Source: Planctomycetota bacterium (GTDB lineage Bacteria; Planctomycetota; Phycisphaerae; Phycisphaerales; UBA1924). Taken from it: 64,000 nucleotides of DNA. Below, in pieces: positions 20,418 through 28,640 of this stretch; positions within the stretch are counted from its first letter, which is position 1, and each line of letters starts with the position of its first letter. Location: assembly GCA_003696675.1 (NCBI GenBank), contig RFGH01000074.1:43170-107169 (forward strand), given 5' to 3'. The translations under genes were made by a program, and so were the position numbers. Below the pieces are notes generated by a model that saw only the letters and a program-made list of their open reading frames with translations, had not been told where the DNA came from and made no database searches.

Positions 20418-20441
20418 CGGTGTGTCTCCTTCCGCGTTCGG

Positions 20442-20729
20442 TTAGCCCACGACGCCGAGGATCTCGGTTTCGCGGAGGATCAGGTGATCGACGCCCTCGA
20501 TCTCGACCTCGGTCCCGGCGTACTTGCCGTAGACCACGGTGTCGCCCTTCTTGACGCTCAGGGCGGCGACGGTGCCGTTCTCCAGCCTCTTGCCCGGGCC
20601 GACGGCCACGACCTTGCCCTGGATGGGCTTCTCGGTGCTCGACTCGGGGAGGTACAGCCCGGACGAGGTCTTGGCCTCACGCTCGATGGGCTTGACGAGG
20701 ATGCGGTCTTCAAGGGGCTTGACTGCCAT
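20442..20729 (-). CDS. groS: Co-chaperonin GroES
   Basis: [26 protein letters not shown]...GKVVAVGPG. The likely start is ATG 20729, with GGAGAA upstream. The track start at 20741 is GTG. GC3 is about 94% by hand count. Confidence 0.95.
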   Translation of the reverse strand: MAVKPLEDRILVKPIEREAKTSSGLYLPESSTEKPIQGKVVAVGPGKRLENGTVAALSVKKGDTVVYGKYAGTEVEIEGVDHLILRETEILGVVG

Positions 20730-20752
20730 TGGTTTCTCCACTTATCAGAAGA

Positions 20753-21037
20753 TCAGCGATAGGTGATCTTCCAAAGCTCTTCTTTGTCCAAGGGCAGGGT
20801 CACTTGAAACTCCTGCCCGTTCATGTTCAAGCAATCGCGAATCCAACTCACGAACGATCTGACGGCATCGATCCTGTTCATTGAGGCTGCGCCTCGATAC
20901 TCCTCGCCGTCGAGCGTTGCGCGGGCGATGTACCCGCCTCCGTCTCTTCCGACCGGAAGATCCGATTCCATCCTGACTGACACAACCAGAGGTCTGCCAG
21001 CGAACACGACACGGAACTCGGTCGGATCGGTACTCAC
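20753..21037 (-). CDS. Hypothetical 94-aa protein (ORFan) between groEL2 and groES
   Basis: It starts at a GTG 11 nt after the groEL2 stop and ends 23 nt before the groES ATG. Local G+C is visibly lower and GC3 is about 68% by hand count. No family recognised. There is a weak HicB/UPF0150-like pattern (GRDGGGYIARATLDG....A). Confidence 0.5.
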   Translation of the reverse strand: MSTDPTEFRVVFAGRPLVVSVRMESDLPVGRDGGGYIARATLDGEEYRGAASMNRIDAVRSFVSWIRDCLNMNGQEFQVTLPLDKEELWKITYR

Positions 21038-21048
21038 GACGGCGCCGA

Positions 21049-22749
<1,701 letters not shown>

Positions 22750-22840
22750 GGGGTCAATCTCCAAGGATCGGGGCGGTTCCTCCGCCCGCGGGTGGTTGTC
22801 TGGGGCCCGGAGTCCACGGACCCCGGAGCGGAAGTACTGA

Positions 22841-22856
22841 GGCAACCGCCGTGCCA
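22841..22856 (-). promoter_or_regulatory. Sigma-54 (RpoN) type -24/-12 promoter element upstream of groEL2
   Basis: The minus strand reads cTGGCACggcggTTGCc, matching TGGCAC-N5-TTGC with the exact GG-N10-GC spacing. It lies about 92-107 nt upstream of the groEL2 ATG. It is the only such match I found in the window. Confidence 0.5.
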
Positions 22857-22945
22857 GTCGGAGCCGCCCGTGCCGCCCGACAACCCGGCTTCCGGTGTGC
22901 CGATGGGCCGACCGGGCTGCCGGGCGGCGTCGTCCGGGGATGCGG

Positions 22946-22964
22946 GCCTGCCAACCTGGCAGGC
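22946..22964. promoter_or_regulatory. Perfect 8-bp inverted repeat, candidate enhancer (UAS) or operator
   Basis: GCCTGCCA-acc-TGGCAGGC is centred about 100 bp upstream of the sigma-54 -24 element. Two further palindromes follow: GTGTCC-tgac-GGACAC (about 22985-23000) and CCGTCC-aa-GGACGG (about 23020-23033). Confidence 0.35.
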
Positions 22965-23054
22965 TTGGCCCGGAACGCCACAGGTGTGTCCTGACGGACA
23001 CCGCCCGCTATCATCTGTTCCGTCCAAGGACGGACGAGACCGGAGCCGCTTCGC

Positions 23055-23453
23055 ATGACCACCCTGGCCGCCTATGCCGACCCATCGCCCTACCTGCCGA
23101 TCTTTATGATGGTCCTGGCGGCCATCGGATTCGCAGTGCTGAACATCGTCGGATCGTTCGTACTCGGGCCGAGCCGGGCCGGTGCGAACAAGGGCGCGAC
23201 CTACGAGTCCGGCATGACCCCCGTCGGAACCGCCCGAAAGCGGTTCAATGTGCGGTTCTACCTCATCGCGATGGTCTTCTTGGTCTTCGATGTTGAGGTC
23301 ATCTTCCTGTACCCGTGGGCCGCGACCTTCACGAATCTGGACCCCCAGACCGACCAGAGCTCGATCTGGCTGCTACGGATCCTGTTCTTCCTGTTCACGA
23401 CCGTGGTGGCCTACCTGTACGGCTATCGCAAGGGCGTGTTCAAGTTCGACTGA
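23055..23453 (+). CDS. nuoA: NADH-quinone oxidoreductase subunit A
   Basis: 132 aa. YESGM.P.G.AR.RF.VRFYLIAMVFLVFDVEVIFLYPWA is the NuoA/ND3 signature. No nuoB follows. Confidence 0.9.
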   Translation: MTTLAAYADPSPYLPIFMMVLAAIGFAVLNIVGSFVLGPSRAGANKGATYESGMTPVGTARKRFNVRFYLIAMVFLVFDVEVIFLYPWAATFTNLDPQTDQSSIWLLRILFFLFTTVVAYLYGYRKGVFKFD

Positions 23454-23506
23454 GCGGGACCAGCCCGGATCCCCCCCACCGATTCCCGCGTAGAGGCTTG
23501 GTGCCC

Positions 23507-23974
23507 ATGGACGCCCCCTCCCAGATCCGGCCCGAGCGGACGACCCCGCTGCGGGCAGGACCGGGCGAGCGGGCCGTCGGGGGCATCGTGGCGGGCGTGG
23601 CGTTGGTGGTGCTGATCATCGCGGCCTCGCTCCGGCCCGCGGAAGCGGGACACGGGACCCACACCCAGATCGGGCTGCCGCCCTGCTCATGGGTCGTCTG
23701 GTTCGACAAGCCGTGCCCGACCTGCGGCATGACCACCGCGTTCGCCAACGCGGGTGAGGGGCATTGGCTGGCATCGTTCGTGACCCAGCCCGCGGGAATG
23801 CTGCTGTGCGTCGCAACGGCCTCGGCGTTCTGGCTGGGGCTCCACACGCTGTTGACGGGCAGCCGGATCGGCAGCCTCACCGGCTGGGTGCTCCGCCCGA
23901 AACCCATCGCGGCGATGGTGCTCGGGCTGATCGGGGCCTGGGTCTATAAAATCATGACTTGGAACGGCTTCTGA
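23507..23974 (+). CDS. DUF2752-like membrane protein
   Basis: 155 aa. PPCSWVVWFDKPCPTCGMTTAFANAGEGHW is followed by TM helices. Start chosen at ATG 23507. Confidence 0.65.
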   Translation: MDAPSQIRPERTTPLRAGPGERAVGGIVAGVALVVLIIAASLRPAEAGHGTHTQIGLPPCSWVVWFDKPCPTCGMTTAFANAGEGHWLASFVTQPAGMLLCVATASAFWLGLHTLLTGSRIGSLTGWVLRPKPIAAMVLGLIGAWVYKIMTWNGF

Positions 23975-23999
23975 ACCGTCAAACGGAGCGAAACCACCG

Positions 24000-24674
24000 A
24001 TGCACCGCCCATTCTCCACGCAGGCCCGCCTTTTCGCCCTCATCGGGGGCGTGCTGGCGTTGCTCACGATCCCCGGCTGCATCATCGGAGCGGCCATCGG
24101 CGGCATGGCCGAGTCCTACCACCGCACCGGCACGACCAAGGTGCCAGCCGAATACACCGGGATCTCCGGCAAGTCCTTCGCGGTCGTTGCGACAGGCAGC
24201 CGCGTCATGGAAGCCGACCATCCGGGCTTGACCGCGCGGCTGCTCCAGCGGGTGAACGACCGCCTGATCGCCAACGCCAATCCCTCGTACGCCATCCCCA
24301 GCATGGACCTGCTGACCGTCCTCTACAACACCCCGCAGTGGCCGGCCATGACCCGGGGCGAAGTCGCCGAGATGCTCGGCGTCGAGCGTCTGGTTGTCAT
24401 CGAGGTCATCGAATACCGGCTCAACGAGCCCGGGAATCAGTATGTCTGGGACGGTCTGGCGTCCGTGCTAGTCACGGTCTACGAGTCCGACAACGGGCTC
24501 CCCGACGACCCGGTTTACGAGAAAGCCATCCGAGTGACCTTCCCCGATGCGTCGGGCTTCATGCGGACCGACCTGCCCGAAGCCGCCGTGACCACCGAAC
24601 TGTCCAACCGGCTTGTCAACCGCATCGCGTGGCTCTTCTACGACCACGAGGAATCGAATGTCATCCCCTATTGA
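24000..24674 (+). CDS. Putative lipoprotein (paralog A)
   Basis: 224 aa. The signal and lipobox-like sequence is ALLTIPGC. The body resembles the next gene in layout. A CsgG/LpoB-like fold is only suspected. Confidence 0.6.
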   Translation: MHRPFSTQARLFALIGGVLALLTIPGCIIGAAIGGMAESYHRTGTTKVPAEYTGISGKSFAVVATGSRVMEADHPGLTARLLQRVNDRLIANANPSYAIPSMDLLTVLYNTPQWPAMTRGEVAEMLGVERLVVIEVIEYRLNEPGNQYVWDGLASVLVTVYESDNGLPDDPVYEKAIRVTFPDASGFMRTDLPEAAVTTELSNRLVNRIAWLFYDHEESNVIPY

Positions 24675-24693
24675 GCCGCCGGAGAGATCACCG

Positions 24694-25344
24694 ATGCGCA
24701 TTTCCCTGATCGTCTCCGCGTGTGTCGCCCTCATCGCCCTCGCCGCGACCGGTTGCAACATCGTCACGCCCGTCGCCTACGCGATCCACGGCCCTGAGAA
24801 GGTCCTGCCCGTTTACGAACCCGACCCGGACCGCACCACGGTGATCTTCGTTGACGACCCTTCGAGCAAGATCGCGCAGCGACGGCTCCGATACTCGATC
24901 GCGGACATCGCGTCCCGCCGACTGCTTGAAAAGAAAGTCATCGCCGATGTCATCGACTCGCGCCCCATTCTCAATGCGGCGACGCAGGAACGCTACGGCG
25001 AGCGACTGAGCATCACCGAACTCGGCCGCTCGGTCGGTGCTGAGATCGTGATCTATGCCGTGGTGACCGACTTTGCCATGTCGATTGCCGAAGGGACCTA
25101 TGTCCCGACCGCCCGTATGAGGGTCAAGATCATCGATACCGCGCTCGGCAAGCGGGTGTGGCCGGATTCCGAAGGCGGACACCTCATGGAAGTCCGCATC
25201 CGCCAACGCCCGGACACGACCGGTGCGCTCTCGGTCGATGACCGGCTCGCGCTCGAACAGGAACTCGCGAACAAGGCCGGGCTGGGCCTCGCCCAGCTCT
25301 TCTACAAGCACGAAATTACCGAATCGGTGCTCGGTGGGCGGTGA
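24694..25344 (+). CDS. Putative lipoprotein (paralog B)
   Basis: 216 aa. MRISLIVSACVALIALAATGC provides the lipobox, and GGAGAG lies upstream of ATG 24694. The ELGRSVGAEIVIYAVVTDF segment parallels EMLGVERLVVIEVIEYRL in paralog A. Confidence 0.65.
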   Translation: MRISLIVSACVALIALAATGCNIVTPVAYAIHGPEKVLPVYEPDPDRTTVIFVDDPSSKIAQRRLRYSIADIASRRLLEKKVIADVIDSRPILNAATQERYGERLSITELGRSVGAEIVIYAVVTDFAMSIAEGTYVPTARMRVKIIDTALGKRVWPDSEGGHLMEVRIRQRPDTTGALSVDDRLALEQELANKAGLGLAQLFYKHEITESVLGGR

Positions 25345-26330
25345 TTGCATCCGGTGTCCAACCCGGATCGGTCCATCTGGTTGAAGTGCCAGGATTCGAC
25401 GCGTCGCATGGTGCTGATGCACGATGGTCCGGGGCGTACCTGTGCGCGCGGATGATCGACGCCGGCATACAGCCCGCGCTGCCGGTGCTGGTGGTCGGTC
25501 CGAGGGGCTCGGAGGCCGCCGCGGGGTCGTTCGGTCTGGTCGCCACCCGCAGCCTCTGCCTGCCGCTCGGCTCTCCGCTGCTCGGGCGGCGCCCTCTCCG
25601 CAACGCGGTCGGCGGCGCAGATCGGATTGTCTGCTGGTCGGATCGACTCGCTACGACCGCCGTCGGCATGGCGGATATTGTCGATCTCGTCTCGGTCAGC
25701 CCCGAGGCTTGCCGTGTTCCCGCACGGCGTCTGGCGAGCGTGACCGTGTTCACCGAACACGACGCGGCAGCATGGCGTCAACGCGGCGCACGGCCGGTGC
25801 TGCTGCCGCTGCCAACGCCGACCGTTCGCCCGGATCGGCCGGCGGCACGAAACCTGCTTGGTGTGGACCCGACACCGATTGTCATCGCGCCGCTCGACGA
25901 CCGCCCCCACGCCGCTGGTTCTCGCGCCGCTGCGTCGCTGGCCACCCTGCTGCACGAGACGGGTTACCCCGTCGCCCTCGTCTGCCCGTCGCAGTCCGCA
26001 TGCCTGACCGCGGCTCAGCGGCACCACGCGGCCATCGGCAAGGTCTATCCGCTGGTCGTGACTGAGAGACCGCTGGGTGAATGGCTGGCGGCGGTGGATC
26101 TGGCAGTGCTCCAATCCGGAGACGGGACCGGCTCGGACGCGACGGTGCAGTCGATGGCGGAAAGCGTCGGTGCCGCGGTCATCCGCATGGGTGTCCGCGG
26201 ACGAGCCTCGATCGGGAGGACTCCCGCGGCCGCCGCGTCGGTCATGGCCAGCCTCGACGAGCGGATCGCGCGTCGTGTCGCCGCGGAGGAGACCCACGCC
26301 CTCGGCGCTGCAACGATCGTCCATGCCTGA
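25341..26330 (+). CDS. Hypothetical protein, possibly a degenerate GT-B glycosyltransferase-like fold
   Basis: 329 aa. It starts at a GTG overlapping the previous stop (GTGA). The G/C third-position bias in this frame is strong. The overlapping 433-aa minus ORF reads as R/S/G-rich nonsense. The C-terminal half has a GT-B-like pattern (weak). Confidence 0.6.
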   Translation: MIASGVQPGSVHLVEVPGFDASHGADARWSGAYLCARMIDAGIQPALPVLVVGPRGSEAAAGSFGLVATRSLCLPLGSPLLGRRPLRNAVGGADRIVCWSDRLATTAVGMADIVDLVSVSPEACRVPARRLASVTVFTEHDAAAWRQRGARPVLLPLPTPTVRPDRPAARNLLGVDPTPIVIAPLDDRPHAAGSRAAASLATLLHETGYPVALVCPSQSACLTAAQRHHAAIGKVYPLVVTERPLGEWLAAVDLAVLQSGDGTGSDATVQSMAESVGAAVIRMGVRGRASIGRTPAAAASVMASLDERIARRVAAEETHALGAATIVHA

Positions 26331-26799
26331 ATCGAACGACCAGACCGGCGTGCTCTTCGTCTGCTTGGGCAACATCTGCCGCAGCCCCCTCGCTGAGGGT
26401 ATTTTCATCCACCTCGCTCGCGAGCGCGGCGTGCTCGACCGGTTCCGCGTGGACTCCTGCGGCACGGGCGGCTGGCACGCGGGTGAGCGGGCGGACCCGC
26501 GATCCATCGCGGTGGCCGCAAAGCACGGCATCGAGCTTCCCTCAATCGCCCGCAAGTTCGACCGGCGCCGGGATCCGGTCGAGTTCGACTGGCTGATCCC
26601 CATGGACCGGCAGAACCACCGCGACCTGCTCGACCACGGCGTGCCGCGGGAGAAGTTGCGCCTGATGCTCGACTTCCACCCCGACCCGCCGACGCGCGAG
26701 GTGCCCGACCCCTACTACGGCGGGCCGGACGGGTTTGACAAGGTGTACGAGATGCTGCGGGTCGCGTGTGACGCGATGCTGTGCAGCCTGTTATGCTAA
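26323..26799 (+). CDS. Low-molecular-weight protein-tyrosine phosphatase
   Basis: 158 aa from ATG 26323. The P-loop is VLFVCLGNICRSP (C-x5-R-S). DSCGTGGWHAGE and DPYYG (the Asp loop) are present. Confidence 0.9.
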   Translation: MPESNDQTGVLFVCLGNICRSPLAEGIFIHLARERGVLDRFRVDSCGTGGWHAGERADPRSIAVAAKHGIELPSIARKFDRRRDPVEFDWLIPMDRQNHRDLLDHGVPREKLRLMLDFHPDPPTREVPDPYYGGPDGFDKVYEMLRVACDAMLCSLLC

Positions 26800-26821
26800 A
26801 CCGCAAAAGTGAGGCGCGGCT

Positions 26822-27310
26822 ATGGCTCAAAGATCCTACTTCGTGCTATGGGTCAGTGATACTGGCGAAGAGCGGACCGGAGAGTTTGACGCATCCTCGC
26901 GAGAGTCTTTAGTAGCGATTCTCAAAGCAAAGAAGATTCAGCCTATTGTCATTAGGTGCGTGTCGGGGTATCGATTTGGCATGTTCGGCCTCGTCTTGGC
27001 AGCAGTATTGATGCTACTTTCGGTTCTGATTGTGTTGTCGTTTGGGCTGGTACTCATTGCAGAGTTCGCCGATCCAGCACCTCCGCCAGAGAGCACTTCT
27101 TCGGGAGCAGGGTGGGCAGTGTTAGAGGGACTCGCATGGGTGCTCGGGATCACGGCACCAGCATGTATTGCGGTCTCGCTCGCAGCGCTTTCAAGAGTCT
27201 TCGTCTACAACACAAACATGCGGAGCATGATTCTGCGCTGGATGGCTTTCGGAACCGTCATCTGCATCATATCAGTGCTCTATCACTGCTACCGAATCTT
27301 TTTGACCTAG
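26822..27310 (+). CDS. Low-G+C ORFan membrane protein
   Basis: 162 aa. A soluble N-terminal ~45 aa is followed by 3-4 hydrophobic helices. G+C is about 49% in the first 120 nt, versus about 61% in the adjacent 120 nt of sucB (hand counts). GAGG lies 8 nt upstream of the ATG. Codons rare elsewhere in the window are used (tta, aaa, att). Confidence 0.6.
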   Translation: MAQRSYFVLWVSDTGEERTGEFDASSRESLVAILKAKKIQPIVIRCVSGYRFGMFGLVLAAVLMLLSVLIVLSFGLVLIAEFADPAPPPESTSSGAGWAVLEGLAWVLGITAPACIAVSLAALSRVFVYNTNMRSMILRWMAFGTVICIISVLYHCYRIFLT

Positions 27311-27311
27311 T

Positions 27312-28628
27312 TCAGAGGTCCAGCATCAACCTCGCCGGGTCTTCGATCGCGTTCTTGATCGACACCAGGAACTGCACGGCCTCGGCTCCGTCCACGATGC
27401 GGTGGTCGTAGCTGAGGGCCAGGTACATCATCGGGCGCAGGGCGATCTGGCCCGAGCCCTCGGGGTACTCGACCGCACGCTTCTTGATGCCGTGCATGCC
27501 GAGGATGGCCGACTGGGGTGGATTGAGGATCGGGGTGGACATCAGGCTGCCGAACACGCCGCCGTTGGTGATCGTGAAGGTCCCGCCGGTCATCTCCGAC
27601 AGATCGAGTTTGCCGTCGCGGGCACGCACGCCGAAGTCCTTGATGGTCTTCTCGATGTCGGCGAAGCTCAGTGTCTCGGCGTTGCGGATCACGGGAACGA
27701 CCAGGCCCTTAGGCCCGGCGACCGCGATGGCCACATCCTGGTAGTCGTGGTGCTCGATGGCGGGCTTGCCGTCATCGCCGGCGGTGATATAGGCATTGAT
27801 CAGCGGGAACTTCTGGAGCGCCTGCACCGCGGCCTTCACGAAGAAGGACATGAAGCCCAGTCCGATGCCGTGCTTCTCGGCGAACTGATCCTTGTACTGC
27901 TTGCGAAGGTCCATCACCGCACCCATGTCGACCTCGTTGAAGGTGGTCAGCATGGCGGCGGTCTGCTGCGCCTCGACCAGGCGGGAGGCAATCCGCTGAC
28001 GCAGCGGGGTCATCTTCTCGCGGCGCACGCCGCGAGCGTTGGCCTGGGAGGCAGGCTGTGCCGGCGCGAGCGTGGCCGGGGCGCCGTTCTGGTGCGTCTG
28101 GATGAACGCGAGCACATCCTGCTCGCGGATCCGACCGCCGGCACCGGTGCCGGAGATCGAGCCAAGGTCCACGCCCTTGTCTTCAGCCAGCTTGCGGGCC
28201 AGCGGCGTGGCCTTGATGTCACCTGAAGGACCGTGCGACACCGAGCCGTTGGCCGCGGACTTGGGGGCTTCGGGGGCCTTGTCCTGCGTCGAGACCGGAG
28301 TGGCGACCGCGGTGGCGGACTTGGTTTCCGCGGAGGCCTCGGCCTTGGCTTGCGGCTTGGACTCGGCAGCCTCTGACGAAGAGGGCTTGGTGGCCGTCTC
28401 ATCGATCTCGCCGACCGCTGAGCCGACTTCGACCTCGTCGCCCTCGCTGGCGCCGTGCCTGACGATGCCGGACGCCGGCGCGGGGACCTCCATGGTCACC
28501 TTGTCGGTCTCGAGTTCGAGCACGGTCTGGTCGCGGTCGACCCACTCGCCGTCCTTGACGGACCACGCGGCAATGACGCCGGAGGTGACCGACTCGCCGA
28601 CATTCGGGATCACGATCTTGGTGGCCAT
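27312..28628 (-). CDS. sucB: Dihydrolipoyllysine-residue succinyltransferase (2-oxoglutarate dehydrogenase E2)
   Basis: 438 aa. It has a lipoyl domain ([15 protein letters not shown]), an Ala/Pro/Ser linker, a PSBD, and a catalytic domain with the DHRIVDG motif. It is directly downstream of sucA. Confidence 0.92.
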   Translation of the reverse strand: MATKIVIPNVGESVTSGVIAAWSVKDGEWVDRDQTVLELETDKVTMEVPAPASGIVRHGASEGDEVEVGSAVGEIDETATKPSSSEAAESKPQAKAEASAETKSATAVATPVSTQDKAPEAPKSAANGSVSHGPSGDIKATPLARKLAEDKGVDLGSISGTGAGGRIREQDVLAFIQTHQNGAPATLAPAQPASQANARGVRREKMTPLRQRIASRLVEAQQTAAMLTTFNEVDMGAVMDLRKQYKDQFAEKHGIGLGFMSFFVKAAVQALQKFPLINAYITAGDDGKPAIEHHDYQDVAIAVAGPKGLVVPVIRNAETLSFADIEKTIKDFGVRARDGKLDLSEMTGGTFTITNGGVFGSLMSTPILNPPQSAILGMHGIKKRAVEYPEGSGQIALRPMMYLALSYDHRIVDGAEAVQFLVSIKNAIEDPARLMLDL

Positions 28629-28640
28629 CTGGCTGCTTCC

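Noticed and set aside
25302-26603. 433-aa minus-strand ORF overlapping the GT-like and LMW-PTP genes
   Set aside because: The translation is R/S/G/P-rich nonsense. The plus frames show strong G/C third-position bias and a bona fide C-x5-R phosphatase motif.
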